Shown piece by piece: positions 13,123 to 26,480 of a stretch of DNA of 64,000 nt. The stretch is from positions 10,230,001 through 10,294,000 of the forward strand of contig CM069143.1 of the NCBI GenBank assembly GCA_035221665.1, in the 5' to 3' direction. The position numbers and the translations under genes were made by a program. Source of the stretch: Okamejei kenojei (lineage: Eukaryota). Each line of letters starts with the position of its first letter. The stretch's first letter is position 1. The notes under the pieces were generated by a model that worked only from the letters and a program-made list of their open reading frames with translations, searched no databases and was not told where the DNA came from.

Positions 13123-13715
13123 AGTGTCTGGTGGATGTACTGTATCTCGATACTGGTACATGCTACTATGGGAATATACAAACAACAGCATTTCAATGTT
13201 AATTATAATTTGTTTTGTGCAAACTTTATTGAGGTTTAAGTTTATGTTTAAGTTTTTTATCGCCACATATACTGAGGTACAATTAAATGATTTGTTTTTC
13301 ATGCTTTCCGAACAGATCAGATAATCTGTATTACTAAAAGTCTGATCTTGACCACTTCCTGTTGTTCTGTATATTGATTTTAGAAAAATTATGCCACTTA
13401 CGGCTGTGATTTTTGGCCATCTTACTCAGAGTCCCCCTCCGACGCGCAAGACAAGATGATTTTTCCCATCGATGAAAAATAAAAGAGTTATTAGTGTTTA
13501 AAAAATGTTGAGATTCTCTCTCCTGAAGGCCACGCCCCTTCTGGAGGGACTATAAAACCCGGAAGTGTTGAGCGCCTCAGTCAGTCTCTGCAAGATAGGG
13601 GAGGGAGAGGGTCACGTCTCTCAGTTTGAGCTGTGAATAACACTGAATGCATGTCTACCAAACTGTGAGTGGTTTTACTGACCTGTCAGTGCCCTTAATG
13701 TGGTTTGAAAATATA

Positions 13716-13972
13716 GTTTGGAAATGCTGAAGCTGTGCTGCCTTTGGTTTGGAAATGCTAAAGCTGTGCTGCCTTTGGTTTGGAAATGCTAAAGCTGTGT
13801 TGCCTTTGGTTTGGAAATGCTAAAGCTGTGTTGCCTTTGGTTTGGAAATGCTAAAGCTGCGTTGCCTTTGGTTTGGAAATGCTAAAGCTGTGTTGCCTAA
13901 TTAAAGTTGCCTTGCCTAATTAAAGTTGCCTTGCCTAATTAAAGTTGGTTGCCTAATTAAAGTTGCCTTGCC
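13716..13972. repeat. Two abutting minisatellites inside the Helitron: 31-bp unit x about 6, then 19-bp unit x about 4
   Basis: GTTTGGAAATGCTAAAGCTGTGTTGCCTTTG repeated from 13716; TTGCCTAATTAAAGTTGCC repeated from about 13893. Confidence 0.95.
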
Positions 13973-14306
13973 TTCTATATAAGTAAAAGTCCAATCTTGA
14001 CCACTACCTGGTTGCACTTTAAACTGATTTTAGAAAAAACGCTACCACGTATGGCTGTGATTTTTGGCCATCTTACTCAGAGTCGCCCTCCGCTCATCAG
14101 GTGTCGAGGATTTTTTCCATCGATGAAAAATAAAAGAGTTATTAGTGTTTTAAAAATGTTGAGATTCTCTCTCCTGTCAATCATGCCATGAAGGCCACGC
14201 CCCCTCTGGTGGGAAAGGGGGAGGGACCACTATGAAACCCAGAAGTGTGGGCGAGGCTCAGTTCCTGCAAGATGGAGGAGGGGGAGGTTTGACTCGCTGT
14301 CTTTAG

Positions 14307-14430
14307 TGGCCTTTCACCCTGCTTGAAATGGTATGAAACGGCACTTGAATTTGGTGGCCTTGCACCCTGCTTGAAGTGGTAAGAAACTGCACTTGAATTT
14401 GGTAGCCTTGCACCCTGCTTGAAATGGAAT
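14307..14430. repeat. 48-bp tandem repeat, about 2.6 copies, inside the Helitron
   Basis: tggccttgcaccctgcttgaaatggtaagaaactgcacttgaatttgg unit; also visible as a repeated HFKQGAR peptide in ORF 14181..14522. Confidence 0.9.
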
Positions 14431-14904
14431 TTCAAGGAATAGCCGTGAGTCAACTCCCAGCCCACCAGCCGTGAGTGAGTGAGCTGCCAGAACAAGCTTG
14501 AGTGACTGAGCCGCCAGCCCAAGAATCCATTCGGCCCACAATGTCTATACTATCCCTCTGGAAACCAGTCCCTTCAGACCACAACACCCATACTAGCACT
14601 CCAGAAAGCCCCCCCACTGGCCACCAATATTGGAATTGGTGGAGAGGTGGAATATTGCATTGGAGGATCAGCCCTCCCGTGTGATGCTGGGACCCAACGG
14701 GTCCCACTTAGTCTAGTACTATATATAAATACAATTAACTCAAACTCGAGTACAATAGATCGAGCAAAGGGGAAGACACAGAATGCACAATATGGTTCTC
14801 AGCATTGTAGCGCATCAGTTCCATAGAAAAGTCCATTGTCCGCAATGGGACTGTTCAGAAGCCAGATAACTGAGGGGAAGAAGCTGTTTCTGATTCTGGT
14901 GGTG

Positions 14905-15113
14905 CAGTTCAGCACAGAGGGCAGTGGAGGCCAAATCACTGGATGGATTTAAGAGAGAGTTAGATAGAGTTCTGGGGGCTAGTGGAATTAATGGATATGG
15001 GGAGAAGGCAGGCACGGGTTATTGATTGGGAACGATCGCAATGAATGGCGGTGGTGGCTCGAAGGGCCGAATGGCCTCCTTCTACACCTATTTTCTATGT
15101 TGCTATGTTTCTA
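14905..15113 (+). mobile_element. CR1 3' end
   Basis: gtggaggccaaatcactggatggatttaagagagagttagat...tcgaagggccgaatggcct...ttttctatgttgctatgtttcta tail. Confidence 0.8.
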
Positions 15114-18100
15114 TTTTCAAGCTTATGTACTTTCTGCCAGACAGGTTTAGGGAGAAGAAGGGTGGGACGAGACCTTGATTATGTTGGTGGCTTATCTGAG
15201 ACAGCGTGGAAATGTAGATCGAGTCTGGTCTGTGTGATGGACTGGGCTACATCTACAACTCTCTGCAATTTCGACAGTGCATCTGCAGAATTGTTCATGA
15301 TTCTGTCCAGAGAGGTGTCACATGCAAACTTGTAGATGGAGTTAGAGCTGAAATTGGTCAGACAGTCTAGTGTAGAGGGAACATAATATAGGACTGAGAA
15401 TGTATCTTTTGCAGGGCACCAGTGTTGGCCATTATTGCACAGGAGGTGTTGTCACCTACCCTCACAGTTTATGGTCTGTGGGTCAGAAAGTCTAGGATCC
15501 AATGCCAGAGGAGAGGGCTGATTCCTTGGTTCAAGTCATTGGAGATGAGTTTGGATGGGATTGTGATGTTGAAGGCAGAGCTATAGTCAGTAAATAGGAG
15601 TCTATCGTAGGAATCCTTGCTGTCTTTTCTAGGTTGTCTTGTTGTCTCGGTGTTACAGAGAGGAGTTTGGGGCTACGGAGATGGTGTCTGTTGTGGATCT
15701 GTTGCGATTGGAATCAAAGTGCAATGGATCAAGGCTGGTGTAATGTATGCCATCATCAATCTCTCAAAGCATTTCATGATCATGGATGGCAGAGCATTAA
15801 GACATTAAGTCTTAATGCTCTGACATCTTAGTCATTAAGACACACCATTTTACTTGTTTTTGGTACTGGGGTGATAGTAGTGTTCTTTAAGCAGGTGGGG
15901 CCCTCTGAATGGAGTAATGAGATGTTAAAGATGTCTGTGAATACCTCTGCAGGCTGTTCCTTAAAAGGTCCTGAGGATGAGCCCGGGGACTCCATCCAGA
16001 CCAGTTGCTTTCCATGGATTCGCTCTCAGGAACGCCGATCTTACAAATGCCAAGGTAACTGTTGAGACTGATACTAGCAGAGCAGATGACATCCTTCCAC
16101 TGACCTTCTGCTCAAAATGGGCATAGAAATGTATTGAGTTCATCTGTTGCCAGCGATACTGCCTGTTGTAGCGTGAAAGCCTTGCCACAATCTATGGTTA
16201 TCCGTGTCATTGCCTTCAGGTTGACCCAGAATTCCATCTTGGAATGCTTAATGGCTCTGTGAAGGTCTTAGATAGATTTATTGTGCCGCTTGGATTGTTT
16301 GACTTGAAATCTGCAGACTTGGACTTCGTCTGGGAGTAGACCTGGCGGTTCACCCATGATTTCTGGTTGGCAACACATGTATCATTTTGTTTGGTACACA
16401 AGACCATTAAAAATGCTGCTCCATTCCAGGACTTATTCCAATTAACACAGAGCACCTTAGGGAGTTCTGATGTTGAATATCCAGGACAGAGGATAGATGG
16501 CCATCGTCTGGCATCTCTGTAGCTGGAATATTATTTCCACTTATCAGCCCAAGTCTGAATATCGTTTCAAGAACAGATTGCTTTGTTACCTGGGGAACTA
16601 CTAATAGAATTTAAGTTTGGTTACCGTTTCCCTCATTTGTACTCTCAGTTGGCCATTGTATGCTTCCTTCCAAAACTTTACCCTGTCACCTCACACATTG
16701 CATTCAACAGCCTTTGCAAGATTGTTCTTGTCGATACTGTCATTGCCCTCCTGAGCCTGATTGCTCCTTTTGGTACATGAGCATTCTTTTCCACTTTCAG
16801 TGAAATACTTTGAGGCATTTCTCTGCATGAGATGCGGTAAGAAACCACGTTATTATACTAACCAAATTGAACTTCATAAATTCCTGAAATGTGGGAGCCC
16901 CAGTGGTTAAAGTACTATTTATTTTGTAAAGACTTTGAAGAAGAAATATTTCATGGTTGCGTTCTGATCACTAAGTCTATTATGCAATGTTCATTCACAC
17001 TGAAGTCTAGAAACAAAAGCTGCAAATAGATCAATCACTGATTGAAGTGTGAAATATAGAGATCTCTACATTGATATCGCCTGGGGTTCATTTAAAATAA
17101 AACACATCATCATTTATTAGTTGCACAAAAAGCGCTTTTTCAACGTTCTAGCACTGTTACAGCAGTTTGAGATTTAATCATGTGTGTCTTACTCATTGAA
17201 TATACAGCTTTTTCAATCAAACCATTTGTCTTAAATGTCTGTGTACATTGCAGATTGCAGTTTAGCAACATATTTACCTGTGTAGATTTATCACAAGTGA
17301 TTAAGTTAAAAATTGAATTATTTACAAACACCATAAATCTTCATCTGCAGTATTTTATGTGTTGGCTTAAAACAGACTGGTCAGTAAATATCAAATGTTT
17401 ACCCCAAACTGAATTAATTATCAAATATATGTTCAGTTCAACTGCCTAGTCTTTTAATTGCAACAAGAGAAGGAATGCGCCTTTGAGTCCCAGTCTGACG
17501 AAGGTTGCTGCTCATTCTCTACTGGGGAGGGAGAGGGAGAATGGATTATGTTCTCTGAGATCAATAACAACTGGATGATGACGACACCCTCCTATCAGAT
17601 GACCATTTGCAGTGGTGTTGGTAGCATTTCTGAAGTCTTCATATGAAACTGAATACCATGAATCTAGTCAGCCACATTGGTGAATTCAGAACATTAGTTC
17701 ATTTCATCTGAAATATGTAACTCTGCCTTTGATGGATAGTACCTTCCCACTGTGGATACTTAACCTTAGAAGATCAGTCGTGCAGTGCATGTTTTGTATA
17801 AACTGCTGCTTGATTAATTTGACGTGCAAAATTGTGAAATGTGAGTGGACACTAATAGATCACATTATGCATAGTGAAAACTTTGTCCACGCACTTCAGT
17901 GAACATGACACGCCCACACATGTCGCATAATAAGCAAGTAAAACTGATGTGGATGCCAGTGCAACTCTTAATTGGAGGCTCACCTGTGAAATTAATTCAC
18001 AGATTTGTTATTAACACTGAAAGGTAGGTCTGAATAGCAGGATGGTGCCTTGAACCAATACCGTGTAAAGAAAATCATCAACTTTTTACAGGTGTGTTGG

Positions 18101-19017
18101 AGTCATAGAAGCATAGAGTCATGGAGTCATACAGCATGGAAGCAGGACCACCGTCCCGACTTTCCCACACCGACCAACATGTTCCATCTACATGAGTCCC
18201 ACCTGCTTGCGTTTAGCCTTTATCCCTATAAACCTGTCCTATCCATGTACCTGTCTAATTGTTTCTTAAATGTTGCGATAGACCCTATCGCAACAACATT
18301 CTTCAGCACCTCATTCCATACACCCAGATTCCTCCAAGTTACCACTCAGATTCCTATTAAATTCCTAGTAAATCTTTTCCCCTTCACCTTAAACCCATGT
18401 CTGGAGATTGTATAGGAATGCCAGCAATAGAAGGGTACACCTCCCCCTTGTGCCTTCTTAGAAGAGTGACTGATCTTTTACCTAGGTGCCATTATCCTGT
18501 GTGAACTCTAAACGCCTAGATTTCCTTATATGATGAATACATAACTGAGGCGCAGAACACTGCAGCTCAGAGTCAGGGTGAATGCTGAGATCAAGCTAGC
18601 TATTTACCTGTGAATAATACGCAGTGGTTGCACAGGAGCTGCACCAGGACCACATACACATAGGCAAGAGCCACTTGCCAAATGAACCTCAGTGAGCGGG
18701 ATATTGCTAGGAGAGTCTAACCCTCAAAAGCCTACAGGGTGGCACGCAGTTCTCCAAGGAGCAATGTACCTGGCAACTAAGGTGTTCAATGACAGGTCTA
18801 CTGCTGCTCTCAGGATCCCACACCCTTAACTCCCTTCAGATGGAGAGTTAACCCATCAATGCTTCAAGACCTTGCCACTGTATGGATTGGAATCTCAAGT
18901 GTGAAATGTCCTCACATCAGCAATGGGGAATGTCTCCATCGTGGGATGACCTTAATGCTTTGCCTTGAATCTCTGTTGTATGTGCGTTCCCTACTAGGGA
19001 AACATGGCAGAGATCAA

Positions 19018-19150
19018 ATGTAATAAAAAGGAACTGCAGATGCAGGTTTAGACCAAAGATAAACACAAAATGCTGGAGTAACTGAGCAGGTTCATGCAGC
19101 ATCTCTGGAGAAAATGGATAGGCGACATTTCGGGTCGGGACCTTCTTCAG
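19018..19150 (-). mobile_element. Penelope-derived short unit (133 bp) with 16-bp flanking direct repeat
   Basis: ACATGGCAGAGATCAA at 19002-19017 and 19151-19166; reverse strand begins CTGAAGAAGGTCCCGACCCGAAATGTC. Confidence 0.8.
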
Positions 19151-22100
19151 ACATGGCAGAGATCAATTTTGATCATGGAGTAATATCAACCTGGCAATAA
19201 ACTTCAAAAAACCCACCAATATGTCAGAGCCTGCCAACACATCAGTGATGCTGTGAGCTGCTTATCTTACAAAACTGTCACTCCATCTCTGGGACTTAAA
19301 TCTGGGATGCTGGAAAATCTGCTAAATGTAAAGGGTGTTGACAAAGCCTGTGAACTTGCTGCAGTGAGAGTAGCCCCAATCAGATGGAGTGACACATTCT
19401 ATTTGTCTCTCTGAAATGGGACCGAACCACCAACAATGGTCCACATAATTCTAGATGGTAGCAGCATAGATTCTGGTATTATTAACTTTCCCTGGTTTCT
19501 AGGAACTGGGAAAAGCTTCCAGCCCATCATCAGGGTAAACCCTCAACCTGCTCCACATATAAAGACTGTGAGAGCTGTAAGCTGGGTGTTTAGATCCATG
19601 GAAGGTCCTCATTTCCCTTATTCACACTCCTCTTAAACCTTAATTTGGAGCTGAGCCAGTGACATCAAATGTCCTTGTTCCCTTAGCAAAGAGCTTCAGT
19701 AGTCTCCAAAGAAGCTGCTCAAGATACTTGGTAAAAAATAACCATACATAGCAACTATTGATATCATTGCAACACACAATGTCAACCAGTATTAATTAAT
19801 AAAGATCAGATTCACAACAGGGACAGTTATCATGTCGGTATCCATCTCAGTGCCTCCTTCTGCAAAAAGAACCAAAAATTCAGCATAAACAACAGTATTG
19901 TATATGCACTCAGTGACACAATAACGTCCTCTACTGAAGACCCAGCAGGCCAAATTGAACTACTCTTGTGTGGTCCATGACTGCTAAATAGTTAGAACCA
20001 CCGAGGGCATGCAGTTGATGGATAGTTGGATCTTTGCTGTTGAGAATATGCCAATAAAGGGTGACTGTGTGCGGTACTGGGGCCAGCTTCTGACTACACC
20101 AGCCCACCACAAGTAGGAAGTAGACTGGCCAGCTAGCTCAGGGGCAACTGTGAAGGCTTTATTGGAATGATATGTGGAGCTGGCACGTTAGGAATGAAAG
20201 ATGAGAATGACACGTTAAGAAACAGTTAGACAGGTACATGGATAGGACAAGTTTGGAGGGATATGGGCCAAGCGCAGGCAGGTGGGACAGTATAGCTGGG
20301 TCATGTTGGCCGGTGTGGGCCTGTTTACACATTTGTATCACACTATGACTACGACTCTATGACTGCTAATACTGTCATACTGAGGCAAGATTCATGATCT
20401 ATGGACCCAATGCAATGTATTGGTCGGCAGATTGCACGAGTGCCATCACTTTGGCCCATCTTCTGCTGCAGGGCACAGAAATGGCTGTCAGTCTCTTACA
20501 CATGCATAGAAAGTTGGCTATAATTGTCCCTTGGAGCCCTCATCCTTTTCTTTGCCTGGTCCTGTGCAGTCATTCATTTTAGAATCTGAACAATCACTAT
20601 CACCAGTGATTGCATTGAGTGGTCTCTTTTAATATTGGAGTCCTGAGGTCCATTTGTGTGGATTAATTTCAACACATTTACGTTACCCATGAAATGTGTA
20701 CTTGTGAAAAAAAGTGCAATAACACTATGGTTTAACCAACCCCCCTTCAGATGCAAGTCAGTCAAAACACACGTAGTTGGAAAATACATTTGAAAGTTCA
20801 GACATCTATCATTGTCTGGAGAGTGCAAATTGAAATGCCACATAATTCAGTGATTTGGTTCAAGGGGTCATACTTTTATGCAGGATTGAGATAAATCTCA
20901 TTAAATAGAAATAGCTCTAAATATTTTGTAGCATTAGCCGTCAAAAGTATTTGTGGCATTCATTTAATGTTACTTTACTCCAGATGAGAGATATTATTGT
21001 TGGAGAAAGGAAGTTTTTCCTGTAATTATTATTAAAATCATGCATTTCAGATTAGGTGAAACATGATTAAATATAGAATAAAATTTGCTTTCTCCAGGTC
21101 CACCCAGAGGACCATTCCAACTCAACATAAATGAGAGTGCTTATAACCATCAACCTTGACAAGCAAGTATGGATGGTTCAAGCGCTATCAATTGCTATGG
21201 AGTTCCACGTGGAATTAGGTTCAGACTAGTCAAGGTCCTGCAAATGTCCTCACAGCTAGCACCATGAATAGACTTTCAGTCCAACCATTTAGACTTGGAC
21301 TCAAACGATGAAAGTACATAGGTTGGGTAATGTAATCATATGCTGTACTTTTGTGCTGTGGATAGTTTTGAAGCAGAAAATCGTGATCTATATTTCCATA
21401 TTAGTAATGGTCCACCTATTTGTGATATGCTCACGGGTCAATTAGTATGCAATGCTTGTGTCAATTGCCTGCAACACTGAAGGAAGCCCTGGCCTGGAAA
21501 AGCCAAGTGTCATTTTGGGAGGAAAACCCGATTGAGTGTATAGTAACAATTTCATCCCTAGAAAAATTGCGGTTGAGTGTTCCAATGCAGAAGCCAGCTA
21601 TCAAATCCTTACCGTTGGACCAAATGTTTCAGCAAAGGCCTTCTTCTTCTTTTGGGAGAGTTGAGGGGGTGGGAGGGGGAGGTGGGATGATGGCATTGTT
21701 GTGGTGCTTGGACACCAACCAGTAAAATACCCGTGGTCCACAGAAAACATGGGTCCCTAACTCTAACCCACCACCACTGGTTTGGATATCCCACCTGAGG
21801 CCCAAAACCTTCAAGAAAGGTTCACGTTGGGAGCTGCCACTGTAATTGCTCTAGCCATGTGAGCAATTTGTGGTTTTCAGTTTTTGCACCTTACACGTAA
21901 TTACCCTGAAGCTGTGTGAAATGTGCTGCTTATGTCAATAGCCTCTTGTATGTCACATGTGCAAGATAATCACTCGCTCGCTGCCCTGCATGAAATTGGC
22001 ATAGATCCAATATGTAATGCTATTTTAGTGTGTACTTCCAAGACCCTTACATTTACTACCCCAGTTTCCCTTCATTAGGCGTGGTTTAGTTGTAAGACAG

Positions 22101-25100
22101 AATGAAATGGGTCAGAAATATTCCCAACTTCAGCATACAGGAGGCAACATGTTCCCAATCAGTGTTTGCAGCGCAGTCCTTTTTTAATCAAGTAGCTAAC
22201 ATAAAGCTGAAATTATATTTGTTTTAAATTCTTCTGATCGTGCCGAGTCCTCAAAGGGGTTGAATGTTATGAATTAATGTATTGCTGAAAAACATTAGAT
22301 CAGCATAGAGGCCAGATGAAAACATGTAAATCTCTGGAAATGCGTTTGACAGATTTGCTGCCATTTATTGGCTGCTTTTTAAAAATATTTTCAAACACTT
22401 TCCTTTTTTCAACTGAAAACCGTCATAAAACAATTGAATATGTTTGGACAGATGTACTTTAATTTAAGCTTATAAATCAAATGCAGTTGCTATGCAGTTG
22501 TCTATTAGTAATTAAATAAAGAAAATGGGATGAAATCTTCTGTTGTGAATTACAAACTTAGCTTAGTACTTAGTAAGATGCATAAATTCAAAATGTCTTA
22601 AAATGATCTATGGACTATTTTATATTAGACCCTCTTAGACTATTTCTGACCTTGGTCACATTAGCAACTAAAATACTTGTGGCTGGCAGGGAGTTGTTAG
22701 GTTTGTGGTGTATACAAGCAGAAGCTCTCATATTTTTAAAGACTCTTCCATGGTGACTGCTTATAAATCAATGGATGCTATCTTCATTACAAATACAGTA
22801 GCTACTGGCCATCAAATCATTCTTTCAATGATGCTACACAGAAATTGTGCTTGTAGTGACTCCTCTAATGCCGTGCCATGTGTGGCTTCCCAGTAATATA
22901 CAACTGAATTTCACTCATCTGCCCATCTCTCAATTCTTAAATAAAAATGAATGCAATTGAAGTGGAAAAAATAGCAGGTCATCCATATGTTCTCTGAAAT
23001 TAATCCCAAAATGTGTGTACATAAATTAAACGACTTTAGCAGGCTTTATTGACCCGGGGCAAGAGTCTGAAAAAGCTTCTGAGAAATAAACAAGTCATTA
23101 AAATACTCTGATCATTTTACATCTTGTTTTAATTATGTAGTTCCTGAAAAAAAAGCTTGGTTATTTTTTAGAACCCCACTGTTATCATCAGTGATCAGAC
23201 CAGTAAACTGCTGGAGAAAATTGTGCATTAGGATTAAAAAGTCAAAAGAACACATTACAAAAATGAGGCCACGGCAGTGGCAATACTTGTTAATGATGAA
23301 AATTGTGATTTATGACCCAAAATGATCACAGATGTGTTTCAGAATCTCACCGTTGGGATCTAAACTGCAGACTGCCTCTTTCATCCAAAAGCATTTATGG
23401 AAATGTGACAGCAGATAATTTAATACATGTTTTAAAATTAATTTAAAGATGCAGTGACTCTTTTCCAATGAGATTGGTGTGTTTAAAATAAAATGCTGCA
23501 AATTTCTCAAATAATTATATTAAAAGGATTTGAAAGCAGGTGATGCCCTTGCGAACATCTTCGAAATATATTTCTTGTGGAATAGGAAGCTAATGAACAG
23601 AAGGTAAGAGAGAACAAGAGGTTATCTTATCATTGGAAAATCCTGTTGAAAATCGATGTGACCTCTGCTACTGTCATCCCAATTCCCACCTCCGGTGCAC
23701 TGCCTGTCCTACTTGTCTTCTTCTGGAAGCTCAATCTAGTGTGTGATCTCCTCCGCTCTCCAGGGGCAGGTTATCACAATGAATCACCCAGACTCCTCTC
23801 ACACTTCTATTTATTTCCCTGTGCTGATGGGATGTTGTCTGGGAAAGTTGGAGAGACGGCAGCTGGATGAGTGGTGGGAGGGAGTTGTAAGCAGTGGCTA
23901 CTGGTGGTAGTGGAAATGTCAATTCAGTTCAAATTACAACCTCCCTGCCAAACATACAATGTAGGCTGGGATGTTGATACGGGGAATCCATTACACTGTG
24001 GTGCAAATGTTTAAAAAACTGGCTGAGATCCAGCATTGAAATGTAAAAATAAATACCTTTGGAGTGACAAAAAGCTGCTTCAAAGGTTTTGTGTGCTTTC
24101 ATTTCAACTGTGCAGCTTATAGTTTGTGGCGCTGTGCTGCCTTGTATCAAGGACCTGCTTACATTCAGTTGCTGTACTATGAACACATGTACTGACAAAA
24201 CTATAACAGGAAAGAGATGACCTATTTCACAGCTGAAAATAACACAACATCTCTTTTAAATGCAGAATTAGCCCTGCTCACAGAGGTTTCCAGGTCTGTC
24301 AAGAAAGTGGGCAGAAAATCCCAGTGTCTGACCAGTTGGTACTTTGTGATTGTAAACATGCAAATTATACAAAAAATACCGGAATTAGTAATTAGAGTGA
24401 AACATAAAACAAACATTTTCTTTTGGCAATTTGAATACATATCCAAAAGGTGAATTTGGATCTGGTGTTGGTATAATGTCCTGGAATTCTTCTGATAATG
24501 TTTTCCCATGAAGTTGTGTAAAAATCACATGCCAGTTAGAATGCTACATTCTACACACACCATGGCCAAAATGTTGTGTGTGGTAGAATCAGCATATTCC
24601 TGCCTTGTGTGGCAAAGACCATTCATCTAAAATCTCCCATCTCAGCAGAGATTGAAGAAAGCAGAGAGAATGGGGTGGAGCAGATTGCAGGAATTGGGTA
24701 TGATTGACAACATAGATAACAGTCATATAATTACAGAATTATTCAATGCAGAAACAGGTTCTTCGACTCTGCTTGCTCATGCTGGTCATGATGTTTACCT
24801 GATTTAATCCCATTTGCCTGTGTTTGGGCCATATCCCTCTAAATCCTCTAATGGATTGGAAAGATTGTAGATGGGATCAGGTGTATGTGTGTCATAAACT
24901 AAATATGGTCAAATTATAGTGCGACCTAAAGGGCAGGCGTGAATTGAGTTTTGTTTATAGTTCTGTTATATTTTATATCAAATTATTGTGTGGCATGTTA
25001 ACATTTCTACACTAAGAACATGTGAAATAGGAGCAGGGATAGGCTATTTGGCCCCATGTGTCTCCTCTGCCTTTTTAATAAGATTACAGCTGACTTTTAT

Positions 25101-26480
25101 CTCAGCTTCATTTTCCTCAACAGACCTCTTATCCATTGATTCCTTTAATATCCAAATATCTCTAGTCCTGAATGAATACAGTGACTGAACCTCCACAGCT
25201 CTCCTGGGTAGAATATTTCAAGATTTACCATCTCTGGGTGAATGGATTTCTCCTTAACCCGGCCATGAATGAGCAAATTTTTATGATAATTTCTGAATGC
25301 AGAATTCCAAAATGATTGTTAGCATTGTTTGAACAGCAGAAATACCAACTCCTAAAGAGTAATAAAACCAGACATGCCTTGAAAGGTTCAAAGGGTTATA
25401 GATATGCTGTACCTTAAAGTGTAGCATAATGGGCAGACAGCATGGTTACTGTTAGGATTGCCATCAGGTGTTCCGGTGTAGGTTCATCTTTGTAACCTGT
25501 GCTTATCCTCAATCTCAAATTTAATTACAGGGGAAAGAGCCGTAGGACAAATGGGATCTAATTCTTGATGGAGGATGGAGAAGTAGCTAAAAATACTTTG
25601 ATGACCCGGTAAACCAAGCTGAACATTGAATTATCCAATTTCAGATATCTAACCTACTAATAACCTTCCCCCCTACACCCACCCCTCATCCTTTCCCTGT
25701 GTCCCTTGCCCTTCCCCTGTCCCCTTTCATCCATAATCCTTCCTCTGGCTTTGCAATTATCACCTCTTTTATCCTTATCTCACAATGTTGTCCCTTCATC
25801 CCTGGTTTTTGTCCAGCCATCTGCCTATAAAAAAAGTCCCAACACAAAACACAACATATCCATTTTCTCCAGAGATATTGCCTGACCCACTGGTTTATTC
25901 CAGCACTTTATCTCCTTATTGTAAATCAGCATCTGCAATTCCCTGTGTCTTCAGATAAACCAAGCACGCATACATTCTGAGTAGACCACACAGCTCCTAA
26001 AGTATTTTCCAACATTTGCTTTGTAACCTCAACCCCAAATTCCTGCCCAGCCATGCTAACTTATTATCCTTGGTTTTCAAAGCATCCATTTACCTCTTTA
26101 ATATTTTACTTTCATTTTCCTTCAAGGCAAAAAGTTCTAAAAGCTCTTGGCCCTCTAAGAATTAAGTAATCATCTTAGCTTTATTTCAAATGAGTTACCA
26201 CCTGACCTTAAATAGTGACTACTGCTTCTAGATTCTCCCACGAGGAAACCTATTGATTGCATCATCACGATAACAACCCTCAGAATCATATGTTTCAGTA
26301 CCTCCTCTCAGTCTCCTTAACTTTAACTAATACAAGCCTAATTTCTCCAATCATTCCCCATAAGACAACTTGCTCAGTCCAGGCATTGGTTTGGTAACCC
26401 TTTTCCAAACTGCTTCCAAGTCAGTAAAATCCTTTCTTAAATAAGGAGACCAATACCATACATAGAATTCCAAATTCCAA

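Larger units (their letters stand above)
13325..14716 (+). mobile_element. Non-autonomous Helitron (composite, 1392 bp)
   Basis: 5' A|TCTGTATTACTAAAAG; 3' hairpin TGGGACCC-AAC-GGGTCCCA (14688-14706) then CTAG|T. Inserted between A and T with no TSD, and the host LINE tail is continuous across it. Confidence 0.88.
13232..16480 (-). mobile_element. Degraded Rex1/Babar-like LINE, interrupted by a Helitron (13325-14716) and a CR1 fragment (about 14905-15113)
   Basis: Reverse-strand remnants RLLFTDYSSAFN (about 15570-15606) and [14 protein letters not shown] (ORF 15961..16188); the 3' tail starts near 13232 and resumes after 14717. Confidence 0.7.

Noticed and set aside
13716-13972. Array of 31-bp repeats as a possible CRISPR array
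   Set aside because: The units are head-to-tail with no unique spacers, there are no cas genes, and the context is eukaryotic. It is a minisatellite inside a Helitron.
21085-21330. Strong acceptor tttgctttctccag| as a DACH exon
   Set aside because: All three frames reach a stop within about 60 nt and there is no similarity to DACH.
23580-23610. Consensus donor AAG|gtaaga as the end of an upstream DACH exon
   Set aside because: The phase-1 frame needed to join 37031 has a TGA just upstream, and no good acceptor is nearby.
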